Below, in pieces: positions 39,901 through 47,532 of a stretch of DNA of 64,000 bases. Within the stretch, counting starts at the first letter, position 1, and every line of letters starts with the position of its first letter. The stretch comes from Saprospiraceae bacterium (lineage in GTDB: Bacteria; Bacteroidota; Bacteroidia; Chitinophagales; Saprospiraceae). Made by a program: the position numbers and the translations under genes. The notes under the pieces were generated by a model, which saw only the letters and a list, made by a program, of their open reading frames with translations, had not been told where the DNA came from and ran no database searches. The DNA is taken from positions 1,896 to 65,895 of the forward strand of contig JAAUTG010000001.1 of the NCBI GenBank assembly GCA_012031785.1, read 5' to 3'.

Positions 39901-42900
39901 ACCACGTTTGTCTGTAACCCAGTTCAAAATACCGCGTGATTCGTCCCCATCGAAGTCGCCCGCTAGAACCTGCGCGACAATCGGATTGAAGACCATATTC
40001 TTGCCAGGGTTCAGAAGCCCCTTCACAACCTGAGACTTCTCTGCGACCAAATCTTCGTAAATGCCTATTTTAAGCCCAACGTTGTTATGGAATGGCGAAA
40101 CCTCTGGGAAGCGTTTTGCGCTGAGGGTTAACTGCTCTCTTCCACGACCATTAACGATACGTCGGAGTTCTTTAGCGGCAGAGCTTTGGTCTTCCCACTG
40201 ATCCAATCCAGTCAACTCCATCAGAAATTGCTCTGACATGACTGTCATATTTTCAGGCACGCTGCCCGCGCCGTGCGCCTTGCCGCCGATATTTACAACC
40301 GAAAATCCAAGGACATCTTTCATGACTTCAGCCGATGAAAAATGTTCCCCTTGAGTTTCCAATGCGCCTTTGATCGCTTGGTCGTTCGCTAGGGCAAATT
40401 GGTGCAATTCCTCATCTGAGATTACACCCTGAGTATGAGCTTGTTTAGCGTCATGGTATTTAGCTTGGGCTTCCATTGCCTCAATAACAGATTGCCCAAC
40501 ACCGCTAACCATTTTATCGTCATCGCTGATCGTCGTGAATGAAGCCGCTATCGCCCCACCCATGATGTTAACTTGCTCACCAGATGAGGTTTGCAGCGAC
40601 ATTGCGTCGCCACGCTCCATTCCATAGGCTTTAGCAACCATTTTTCGTTGATAATCAGCACTTTCTTTGCCATACAAAGATGCAACTTCAGATTGTGCCA
40701 TTCTATAAGTATCAATATCAAATGGATTAACACTATCGCCTGTTGATAGTCTGTGCTGCTTTCCAGTAGGCGTGTCCACTGTTTGACCAGTGATACCACT
40801 CCCTTCGAAGTTACTGGCGTATGCGCGGAATGCGGTTAACGATGGATCATCCAGTTGTCCAGTTTTAGACTGGTTCATCAGTGCCTGGAAAAGTTGCGGG
40901 TTATCCTGATACATCCAAAACGCGCTCTCAGCCGTCACGCGCCCCATTGGGCGACGACCCTCCCACCGCGCCTGCTCTAACTGATTGACATTGTAAACAG
41001 CATCATTCATAGTCACATCAACATTGGTTGCCCCAACGGAGGACTTAAGACCAATACGTTTACCATCTTTGTCATATCGGAAGAATTGTGCGTCTGTAAA
41101 CATCTGAGCAGATTGCTGCGGTTTGCCAGTCACTGTTTCAGCCGTGCTGATGGTGTTAGCTGACGAACCCATCATCATTTGATGCAGGTTCGATATACGA
41201 TCCTCACCAGTGCCAGCTTGACGCTCAATCTGCTCAGTGGCTAACTTAAATGCAATTCCACGATCTGTTATGTTGCGCTGTGACATTATCTGATCGGTCA
41301 TACTATCAGCTAGCAAGCCAGTCAAGTGCTGTTCATACTCATGAACACCTACTGTTTCTTTGATCTGTTTGATTTCGCCCTGACTGTACATCCAGTCGGT
41401 TGCGGCTAAACCAAATAGGTTTGACATGACTGGTGAAATTTGCCCAGACACTTGGTTGGCATTAAGGGCTGCCATGACATGCCCAGTTTTAGTAGGATCG
41501 AATTTATCAATACCTTCAATCCCAGCCGCCCGCAAATCCGCAGGGGATAACTGGCGCAGCAAATCCATTTCATCACGCGCAACCTGTGCAATTGCTGCAT
41601 CAGATTTTTTAGCTGCGCGATTGAATTGCGCGATTTGCTTAGCGGCTTGTTTCACGGTGAAGTTCGCTTCAAACCCTTTATGGGCAAAAGTCATCATGTC
41701 TTTTGCCGATGGGAGCGCAGAAACACTTTCAACGCCCGCGCCATATTGGTCGAAATAGGCAGCGTCACGGAATTGACCTTCACCTTTGTCTTTGTATTTA
41801 TAGGCGACCTGATCCGTATATACTTGGTACTTAATCTTTTGAGCATCTTCGCCGTTTTTGGTGATGTTTTCCACGCCCTCAATGGCGACCATCGTTCCGC
41901 GTGCTTTTCGCCCTGTCATGCGCTCAAAATCAGACATTGAGCCGCCATATTTATAACCTTCGCCAATCGGGGGTAAACCGCCCTCATCCGAATCAGTGAA
42001 GAATAATTTTTCGGCTATGTCAGCGTTGGGAGCGACTACCCGTGTAAAATCACGTACCCCGTAAGTCGGTAAGGTCATGCGCTGACCTTCTGGAATGCCT
42101 AGCTTAGATGTCCTGAAGGCTGATTGCATAATAAAGCCCGTTGTCGGAGCAGATTGTCCCGTCACTGCGCCAGTTATCCCACCTTCAGTAAACTGGGACG
42201 TGAACTCAGGCAAGAGCATCCCCACCCCAGCAGCAGCGCGAACGTTTGTGCCAGAAATATCCAATTGTTGAATACGCTTGATTTTGTTGACGTAAAAGTC
42301 ATAAACGGGACTACCTTGCTCATCCCGAACAATTTGCATATTTCCTTTTTCGTCAGCTTGACGACGTATTCGCTTGGTGAAGCCCGCTTCCCCCAGCAAT
42401 CCGCGCAGTCCAAATGCGTGCTGACTATTACGGCGCATATAAATGCTTTCGCCTTTTTCACGGGCAGCATCTACCGCCGACCAAATTTGCTCATTGTTTC
42501 GTTTTTCACCGATGCCCCCAGCTTCGGCTGGCATTGATCTTCCGACAAAAAAAGATCGTGAGAGGCGACGACGCTCAGTCGGTGTATAGCCTGTCCAGTT
42601 GACGTGCATCAAGCCAAAATTCGACAGCGCATTCCAGAGATTGGGTTTTCGCCCCTCAGTGTCTGGACTTAGGCTGTTTTCAATCCCCATTTTAAGAACC
42701 TGAACGGGATTGACGATTGTACCGTCGTCTTTAACCATCGAAGGCACGATGTTTAAGCCACTGTAATTGTCCTCAGACATGACACCCCATGTGCCATACC
42801 TAGAATCATGGAATAATTTGTAATTTTCCATTGCTTGCTGACCGTCTTCAGTCCGCCGCAATCGTCCAAATTCGACATATGGAACTGAAGCCCCAGCACG

Positions 42901-44715
42901 ATCACCTTCATTTGGTAATCCAATATCGCCATATTGAACTGGCGACACAAACACACTATTGCCAAGCGATTGACGTAGATATTCAGATGCGCCCTCTAGC
43001 CCGCGCTCACTGGCGGCTTCGTCATACATCGCGGATGCACCCCGAACAGACTGACCACGACTAGTGTCCAGTCTCCGTTGCACAATCTCTGGAATGGCGG
43101 TGCTTTGGGCTTCTTCAACCACTTCCGACATTCGATCAAATCGCGCTTGGGCGCGTTCAAACGCTGATCGTATTTTAGAGGGGATGATGTGTTCTTGCGG
43201 AAGTTCAGGTGCAGCATATTGTTGCGGGAGCGGTGCTAACTGCTCCGCGCCAAGAACACGACCACTGAATGTATTTACGCCAGCAGCGTTCATGGAGCCT
43301 TCGTGAGTAGCAGGCTCTCCGCTACTAATTTTGGCATTTACATATGCCTGAGCGCGTTTTGTGCGTTCAATTTGTTCATTTTGAACATTTTGAACACTTT
43401 CACGCTTCAATTTATTGGCGCTCTCTACGGAAATATGACCTTCGCCGTCATCCATATAGAAGCCAGTCTTTGAGATGAAACGCCCGTACTGCCAGTCCCG
43501 CCTATTTTTAACCTTAGCGGTTCGTCCTTCAATGCCGCCCCTAAAAAATTCCTGCGACTTAACAATATCCCCTTCAGGGGAAATGAGTTGGACGATCTGA
43601 GATGGGGCTAACCCAGATTTCGTATCCCAACTTGAAAAATCACCAGCATCTACCGTCGTCGTGAATGTCGTTGCTGGGCTGCCGTCTTCCGTTGCGATGA
43701 GGTGCTGTAAATGAAATTCTTGTCCAGTTTCACGATGCCGTGCCATGAGCAGTGTTTTTTGATGTACACGCTCATATGGTGTCGTTTCCTTTTGCGATTG
43801 GTCTTGGACTTTTTTATACCTGTTTTCGCGATAGATTTCATAATCGCCTAACCCGTACTTTTCTTGGATTTGGCTATCTGAGAGTTTATTAGCATCACTA
43901 TCAAGAACTTGCTCCTCTACCACTGAGTAAATTTGGCGAACAGTATATTGGCTTTTATAGTCATCCCATGATGGGGCAGAATAATAAGCTGCCCCCATGT
44001 TGATATGCTCAAGACCAGCCGACTGGATCAAAATGTCCCGATCTGCTTGAGGAACATCCATCCCAGCTATTTTGCGATGCGTTCCAACAGGGTCTTTCGC
44101 TGCCGCTTCCTGTAGCCCGCCCAGGGTGGTAGTTAGCCCGCCTAAATGCAGTTCCCGTACACCTGAACGCGAAACGCCAAGTTGATTAATCGGGATTTCG
44201 TCCCGCTCAGCACCAGCCGCCATCGCTTCGTAAGCGGCTCTTGTATCTTTTCGCCTTTGATAATCGGCAGAGGGTGATAGGTATCCATAAGGCTCTTGCT
44301 GCGCTGCGTCAGTTGCTGGCTGAACAGGAGACGATAGCTTTGGAGTAAAGGATTGCGACGAAAATGATGGGGAATCATTCCCTGGATAAGGGGGAGTAAT
44401 CGGATCAGGGACGATTGAGTTTGCCGCTAATAATGGAATGCTTGGAGCATCGCTAGCAGATTGAGAAAATGCCGCAATTGATGTCAGGTTTGGTAAACCC
44501 GCCTCATCAACTGTCTGGCTGATAGACTGGTCAGTGACACCAGACCAATCAAACCTAGCCGACACTTCTGGTAATGCGCGGGATTTACGTTGCGCTGGCG
44601 TTTTACAGTTGTCGCAATAGACCCTATTGCCATGTCCAGTTACGGGCGCACCGCAATTTTTACATTGCCTCATTTTGAAGTTTTCGCGCCTCCCACTCAG
44701 CTTGACGCGCAGCAT
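33931..44715 (-). CDS. giant tape-measure-slot protein (3,594 codons): N-terminal zinc ribbon, about 2,270-aa cargo region with a DFDGD double-psi beta-barrel polymerase-like signature, Pro-rich linker, about 1,300-aa TMP-like C-terminus
   Basis: Uninterrupted ORF immediately downstream of the G/GT chaperones. CKNCGAPVTGHGNRVYCDNCK. RFPEVSPFHNNVGLKIGIY...NMVFNPIVAQVLAGDFDGDESRGILNWV (DFDGD = 39943-39957). EPPSEPPSEPP linker near 37830-37915. Gly/Ala/Met-rich hydrophobic C-terminal third with FANxAxGMG repeats. An alternative start is ATG 44673. Confidence 0.85.
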   Translation of the reverse strand: MLRVKLSGRRENFKMRQCKNCGAPVTGHGNRVYCDNCKTPAQRKSRALPEVSARFDWSGVTDQSISQTVDEAGLPNLTSIAAFSQSASDAPSIPLLAANSIVPDPITPPYPGNDSPSFSSQSFTPKLSSPVQPATDAAQQEPYGYLSPSADYQRRKDTRAAYEAMAAGAERDEIPINQLGVSRSGVRELHLGGLTTTLGGLQEAAAKDPVGTHRKIAGMDVPQADRDILIQSAGLEHINMGAAYYSAPSWDDYKSQYTVRQIYSVVEEQVLDSDANKLSDSQIQEKYGLGDYEIYRENRYKKVQDQSQKETTPYERVHQKTLLMARHRETGQEFHLQHLIATEDGSPATTFTTTVDAGDFSSWDTKSGLAPSQIVQLISPEGDIVKSQEFFRGGIEGRTAKVKNRRDWQYGRFISKTGFYMDDGEGHISVESANKLKRESVQNVQNEQIERTKRAQAYVNAKISSGEPATHEGSMNAAGVNTFSGRVLGAEQLAPLPQQYAAPELPQEHIIPSKIRSAFERAQARFDRMSEVVEEAQSTAIPEIVQRRLDTSRGQSVRGASAMYDEAASERGLEGASEYLRQSLGNSVFVSPVQYGDIGLPNEGDRAGASVPYVEFGRLRRTEDGQQAMENYKLFHDSRYGTWGVMSEDNYSGLNIVPSMVKDDGTIVNPVQVLKMGIENSLSPDTEGRKPNLWNALSNFGLMHVNWTGYTPTERRRLSRSFFVGRSMPAEAGGIGEKRNNEQIWSAVDAAREKGESIYMRRNSQHAFGLRGLLGEAGFTKRIRRQADEKGNMQIVRDEQGSPVYDFYVNKIKRIQQLDISGTNVRAAAGVGMLLPEFTSQFTEGGITGAVTGQSAPTTGFIMQSAFRTSKLGIPEGQRMTLPTYGVRDFTRVVAPNADIAEKLFFTDSDEGGLPPIGEGYKYGGSMSDFERMTGRKARGTMVAIEGVENITKNGEDAQKIKYQVYTDQVAYKYKDKGEGQFRDAAYFDQYGAGVESVSALPSAKDMMTFAHKGFEANFTVKQAAKQIAQFNRAAKKSDAAIAQVARDEMDLLRQLSPADLRAAGIEGIDKFDPTKTGHVMAALNANQVSGQISPVMSNLFGLAATDWMYSQGEIKQIKETVGVHEYEQHLTGLLADSMTDQIMSQRNITDRGIAFKLATEQIERQAGTGEDRISNLHQMMMGSSANTISTAETVTGKPQQSAQMFTDAQFFRYDKDGKRIGLKSSVGATNVDVTMNDAVYNVNQLEQARWEGRRPMGRVTAESAFWMYQDNPQLFQALMNQSKTGQLDDPSLTAFRAYASNFEGSGITGQTVDTPTGKQHRLSTGDSVNPFDIDTYRMAQSEVASLYGKESADYQRKMVAKAYGMERGDAMSLQTSSGEQVNIMGGAIAASFTTISDDDKMVSGVGQSVIEAMEAQAKYHDAKQAHTQGVISDEELHQFALANDQAIKGALETQGEHFSSAEVMKDVLGFSVVNIGGKAHGAGSVPENMTVMSEQFLMELTGLDQWEDQSSAAKELRRIVNGRGREQLTLSAKRFPEVSPFHNNVGLKIGIYEDLVAEKSQVVKGLLNPGKNMVFNPIVAQVLAGDFDGDESRGILNWVTDKRGKWRGGNVRRISPRQLAKAAKNMPFSEWYKQVEEAAERRPSRMATDTAKNSQEKGYKTDDQLYAAYTEEEKAAAAQIGQQYNAEHRGRRIMAMAQLQNVAAKNLYGGQGLPGTHLSNIVSEATSYKAVSAYQSSLDREVLGDPGFLRMYDMSTQAIFREGGRIAIPMRDSKNPLQYATIQEGERAGSKKYETFASDADFVQNMIETAATTAMPQRGDFETEADYLAAREASDDEYRRTSALSFAAQLIPLERLAEVSNADAENNVGYMAEGGALYNQVQATSDALMNIRNADIIASQSGETTEAVRGRAMQQLFGSFRMRGVRNAAEYANLDAERGGVMYTGIMGAANARAEMRREGSSKFDWIETSANPFMKSATRMAREVAKVMRVAYLDRPPTVDERSSASMTQQISGAFSSFFKGTRQLLSRVGIVGGVEAGEEGGISKIAVDQKLADVGYTPTPAEIQEQRAASQATKSTLDISRLAGGEAVGIEQSPPVRELSLANLGGTSSPILPAENLVTLRPVEPQPAKPQILLPNAPRPSAVVRPDGIIEASPPVKPEAALNLGGMVGLSQLIDDKPQDYNIPDNIIPAWKRGTHAYNMPEDFVPAWQRGNTPIEGFEPIDYSSIPPTEAGQYLDRDASGKIVSRPVSSERSRPLKHPTEGKRYLEPPSEPPSEPPDETTLTPEPPERPGRGSGRSPSAGEVYHAVFKGVQAGMAVAQEEKTFYVHADRDMDKRSYELATDIEAYASPEGRNIQTSKQAKAAQSFLDSTSDRFRNLRKRAKQGSLNAEERMFLSKSKEVLLPYLPGHDAGSVFSDDEIESIDQLAAAFNAYSGEFYREAGYTPETLHLATRELPDRVATPAHAKSMMTVKQSMTLNQKMALGLRAMGGVGAEGVLNQNAAAMGLGAGGLDLLPAATGLKELNAEFKELIAKLPEATKLTREQHKMVTKLIDLSETVQAVTAQMDEKTARQREDMFGGKSVSQLTKDEAIQLFTGKSAAEATPEDLAKSRDFKDWYTLYGREMNADGKSVRGVAGAIAPYQAALADADIRMDLGQLTQESPFGERAFRGVVGAYYAGSAARHLYQQTVGESLKSIREFEGTEDIYAMLGIGERGDIRKQRFAAERAEMFQARAAAEMYLPIMQGMSDLLGSADAGRIVEGAKRSTAIFGMGLMGSQMLSQSGFLGAGKTFGQASMVAAAGSAGLSAGNLVYNQLSGASEFGGLSEMEMIEEAFTQSGNLSWMATDIGLAASNRFLGTDFELTGVRSQGVKDRVREEYERKYHLLDDDIEFAEQNDVSTVEIGEYRNRLRTTLAAPRQESSSYVNYARNATLIGERTGLGKEGIANYQGAMSSLYAGGNTREAMGIEIMEIDRLSPYIGSSAFDKLAPSITQEVSNYQRMAGIGSNLRQFIDDPDKVKEIIDNLLPHAFGDYVSDSAIRQAGRVVNQGMNITSRSALDLSSSVGVMSALSGKPESIQDLMTEVVANRSSIYYAQGIDSQGMQPLLDATTQMGLSVSEAQANNLRSLSQLEMRYGNTNDRLFRQVAGLSGVQGEFAVQAAGIGAGMGYNFSALDIPTSFTNLNEAQSQAALQLTQSLQLNTQSQSFSDLLGSRSGMVGGLFGRQLQMGTGSILDASRYYWTGSGSAEEMATMNQARDRMFNMTDQQAQRAASVTAMTERYGLGYGGRGMTAFDDLVDDPLRFERASNYMGLYEQLAIEPTERDMAAAARKSQRGEQYSRAYRAFSTTAYEMGLDGQTSLQIAENLTRRGIVNQRDVGLASGFANTAFGMGVDASDAMAVGGMLVNQGLTSQPQAQAVSTFANLAYGMGMGGQEAMAFAGGMAKQYSSPLQMQSFANMSNLGFNMGLSSQQSLAFGQMVTDAGYTPFQQSRISSLSSTLMGMGVEGTGALAFGFGNADMSQLGMVQLQRFLGGDQMMFSRAFQGGLEGLDSLGLSLDNIRMPSGRKLAPTMDYRTGLSASKTSSLMLSTTHPIR

Positions 44716-45043
44716 TACGCGCCTTCATACTATTATAATCGTTTTCACCTTGGATGACAGCATCGAACTCACGCATCATATAGTGATATTGATCTTCGTA
44801 TCCGCCTGCACGATATAAACATCCAAGTTGTTCAAGTTTTTTAAGTAAGTAGAAGGCTTCTGGAAAGTCTGGAGCGTCGCTATCATCCAGGTAAGTTGTC
44901 AAATGCTCTTTTGAGTCGAAACTCCTTCTATCACGGGCAGAAAGAGCGGTGAGAGTGTCCTGGCGGACACTCTCAAGGTACTCTTCAAATTCTAGCTTTT
45001 TTTTCCAGAGAAATCCCACTCTGGATTGACTGAAGTGCAGCAA
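44660..45043 (-). CDS. tail assembly chaperone, -1 frame extension (T part of G/GT)
   Basis: This frame is open across the A8 run and lies -1 relative to 44992..45408. It has no convincing independent RBS. Confidence 0.65.
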   Translation of the reverse strand: MLHFSQSRVGFLWKKKLEFEEYLESVRQDTLTALSARDRRSFDSKEHLTTYLDDSDAPDFPEAFYLLKKLEQLGCLYRAGGYEDQYHYMMREFDAVIQGENDYNSMKARNAARQAEWEARKLQNEAM

Positions 45044-45408
45044 TCATACACCTCATCAAATTCTTCTGGAGACAGGACATCCAGACAGCGCATGAAAGCA
45101 GCTTTCGATGTGGTGTCAAACCACGAATTTCCGTCGTCATCAGTTAAATTACTTGAGACGAAAGTCGTCCAAATTCGTTCTGATCGCAAGGCTTCCATGT
45201 TGACTGACTTTTCGATGACAATCTCACCATCATCATCTTCGGCTTTGAACACTTGCCGTTGGTCGGCAGTAAGTTGGGCGATCCGACGCTTATCACCTTG
45301 AGTTGCTTGACGAAAGGTAATAGTGGGGACATCTCCATCGTCAGTCTCAAACGACACCAGATTGAAAGTTTGTTGAGTAGGTGCTAACCCTTTGCTTTTA
45401 CGCGCCAT
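44992..45408 (-). CDS. tail assembly chaperone (G)
   Basis: 138 codons between the tail tube gene and the tape-measure slot. It ends ...DFSGKKS* at the slippery run. Confidence 0.7.
   Translation of the reverse strand: MARKSKGLAPTQQTFNLVSFETDDGDVPTITFRQATQGDKRRIAQLTADQRQVFKAEDDDGEIVIEKSVNMEALRSERIWTTFVSSNLTDDDGNSWFDTTSKAAFMRCLDVLSPEEFDEVYDCCTSVNPEWDFSGKKS
44995..45006 (-). promoter_or_regulatory. programmed -1 ribosomal frameshift site GGA_AAA_AAA_AGC (A8)
   Basis: The A_AAA_AAA heptamer is in the zero frame of G. A slip gives ...DFSGKKKLEFEEYLES... continuing to 44660. Confidence 0.7.
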
Positions 45409-45425
45409 CTTGTTTTTCCTGTTTA

Positions 45426-47006
45426 TTAGCTATGCGTTACAGTAATTGTATCACTGAACACATTGTCGTTGCCATCCACAATAGAGATATTCACAGGGAT
45501 GACGCTAGTAGCATCAGAGCCAGCGGTGCGGGCATAGGCGATTTCGCGAAGCAGCGTTTGCAAAATAGCGGCAGTCATATTCGATGTGAAGGTAGCCACC
45601 AGCCGCGTACCAGCACCATCACCAGGTTGGTAAAAGTTAGCTACAACCTTGGAAGTTGCGGTGTGGGTCACGTCGCCGTTGCTGGCAATCGTAAAGGCAG
45701 TCGCCAATAAGGACAAGGTATCAGTTACGGTGAGCGTACCCGCGCTTGGTGTCCCGAAATAGGCGATTAGCTTACCGTTGTCAAGGGTTGCGTCCCCGAA
45801 TACAGTGGCAAACGTTGCCGCCGCATCTAAGGCAACCTTATCACCAGCGACCTCACTGAAAGCTAGACCAGCAGCAAACCCTGTGCCAGTAAACCCGTTT
45901 GGCAGGTCGTAGAAGGCATCGTTTTGACCATTGTATAGGTCAACGTTAAAATAGTCGCCAGTTTCTGGCTTCAGGAAGCTAACCGTATAATTCTGAACCA
46001 GGAAACCGCCGCCTTGTTCTTGGGGAGGGCTTTCCTCAGCTAGGGTGACACGATTACCAACAAAGGAAATCGTGTATGGGATAACGGTTGAGCCGATCTT
46101 CATTGGCGCGGAATAATCTGCGCGGAAGGCTTCCACGCCACCTGTGGTATCTTTGAGCATGGGCATAACGCTGAAGTCTTCACCATCTGGGTGACTAGTA
46201 AAGATTTCACGGTGAAGATCATCGTGTTGATATTTATAGGTAAAGCGGGCGGTTACTGGGTGGAATAGGGAGATAAAATCATCTGGCTTAAAGCTGCCAG
46301 ACACCATTTCTTGAGCGGGCGTGGTCGGGTTATTCATGATTTCAATAACCATGTTCAGGATGGGATATTTCCGCCCAAAGATTTTGAAGTTGCCTGAGCC
46401 ACTGTCTGGCACAGTAAAGGTTTTCTCATGGGTCGTATTCACAGTATCCCAATCGGGATTGCTGCGGAACTTGGCATCACGGGCTTGATACATGATTGTT
46501 ACAGCCAATTTGCCGCTAGCGGGGATCATGATCCGCATCCCAGTGATGATGCCATCAACGCCGATTTCACCGCTACTATCCACCATTGTCCGACCAGGGA
46601 CTAGCTTTCGCATAGACACCCAGGGTAGGCGGAATTGGTTGGTGGTTTTGTGGGCAAAGCGGTGGCGGTTCACACCTGGTACGGCACTGCCATCTGGAGC
46701 AGTATCCGCAGTGAAGCTATGCTGCCCTAATGTCGCCAGGAGCAACAGCCCAAAATAACCTTCAAGACGCGGCAACATATCTAATTGCCCGCCAAAGTAG
46801 AAGGAGGTTTTGTATGCCCCATCAGGCACAGCCTCCCCATCCAATTCAGGCGGAAAGTTCGGTTGGAGTTGGATCGCGCCCATTTGTTGCTGCGGGACGC
46901 GCATCTTCACCCAATTGACGTGGCTTTCGTCAAACACGCCAGTATCGCCGTACTTGCCAGGCTGAAGACCAAAATTAAAACGTACATCTTGACTTGCTAC
47001 TGTCAT
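45426..47006 (-). CDS. major tail (tube) protein candidate with Ig-like C-terminal region
   Basis: 526 codons directly upstream of the chaperones, and no sheath/tube pair is present. The C-terminus is beta-rich and Ig-like. Called by position. Confidence 0.45.
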   Translation of the reverse strand: MTVASQDVRFNFGLQPGKYGDTGVFDESHVNWVKMRVPQQQMGAIQLQPNFPPELDGEAVPDGAYKTSFYFGGQLDMLPRLEGYFGLLLLATLGQHSFTADTAPDGSAVPGVNRHRFAHKTTNQFRLPWVSMRKLVPGRTMVDSSGEIGVDGIITGMRIMIPASGKLAVTIMYQARDAKFRSNPDWDTVNTTHEKTFTVPDSGSGNFKIFGRKYPILNMVIEIMNNPTTPAQEMVSGSFKPDDFISLFHPVTARFTYKYQHDDLHREIFTSHPDGEDFSVMPMLKDTTGGVEAFRADYSAPMKIGSTVIPYTISFVGNRVTLAEESPPQEQGGGFLVQNYTVSFLKPETGDYFNVDLYNGQNDAFYDLPNGFTGTGFAAGLAFSEVAGDKVALDAAATFATVFGDATLDNGKLIAYFGTPSAGTLTVTDTLSLLATAFTIASNGDVTHTATSKVVANFYQPGDGAGTRLVATFTSNMTAAILQTLLREIAYARTAGSDATSVIPVNISIVDGNDNVFSDTITVTHS

Positions 47007-47010
47007 TTTT

Positions 47011-47202
47011 TTAACTCCATTCTATGGTGGTGACAACTTCGACAAGGATTTCACCCTTCCAAATGAAGTTGCCTTCGCCACCCTTTTCTTGCAAAAACGA
47101 TTCTAAAACTTCAACAGCGTGAGGATATTCCCCAAAGTCATCAACGATAGCGGGTAATGGCATTTTCATCAATGCCGCAATAGCCCTAGAATAGACTACC
47201 AT
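47011..47202 (-). CDS. small head-tail joining protein candidate
   Basis: ATG 47202 overlaps the TGGTAG end of the upstream gene. The ORF-track extension to 47280 is probably not translated. Confidence 0.4.
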   Translation of the reverse strand: MVVYSRAIAALMKMPLPAIVDDFGEYPHAVEVLESFLQEKGGEGNFIWKGEILVEVVTTIEWS

Positions 47203-47501
47203 CGCCCGTTCCCTAGCAGCATTACGGATGTTTCGCCGTCGAAATTCATGATTAATTCGATATTGAAATACCGCCGCCAATACCGAATTCCTCCGTCACC
47301 CATTTCTGAAATAATAGCCCCATATGGCTCATCACGCTCAACCACATTTCGTGCGTCAGGTTTTTTCTCCCGCGCTGGATGGATCAATATATTAATGATG
47401 CCGTCTGTTGGATCAGCTTGAAGAAGCCCAGCCCGAAGCATCCCGACCTTTGTTTCATCCGTCACTTGGGCAATCAACAAATCAGATAGGTAATTGACCA
47501 T
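47196..47501 (-). CDS. head-tail joining protein candidate
   Basis: I prefer the start at MVNYLSDLL (47501), which lies after the stop of the upstream gene at 47533. Confidence 0.4.
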   Translation of the reverse strand: MVNYLSDLLIAQVTDETKVGMLRAGLLQADPTDGIINILIHPAREKKPDARNVVERDEPYGAIISEMGDGGIRYWRRYFNIELIMNFDGETSVMLLGNGRW

Positions 47502-47532
47502 ATGGTCAATCAAAACATTGATAATTGAGATG

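Noticed and set aside
40262-40300. VVNIGGKAHGAGSV as the beta-like second barrel motif (compare GRHGNKG of RpoB)
   Set aside because: The resemblance is short and lies only 108 residues upstream of DFDGD. I cannot support a second barrel by eye, so this is left for structure prediction.
33931-44715. Giant protein as an N4-type (T7-like single-subunit) virion RNA polymerase
   Set aside because: The size and reverse-strand position recall N4 gp50. However, the gene follows a tail tube gene and a G/GT frameshift pair and has a tape-measure-like C-terminus. The only polymerase-like signature I can see is the two-barrel DFDGD type, not T7-like motifs.
47196-47280. 85-nt overlap of ORFs 47196..47672 and 47011..47280 as another frameshift
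   Set aside because: An internal ATG at 47202 overlapping the upstream TGGTAG stop gives ordinary translational coupling, so no frame change is needed.
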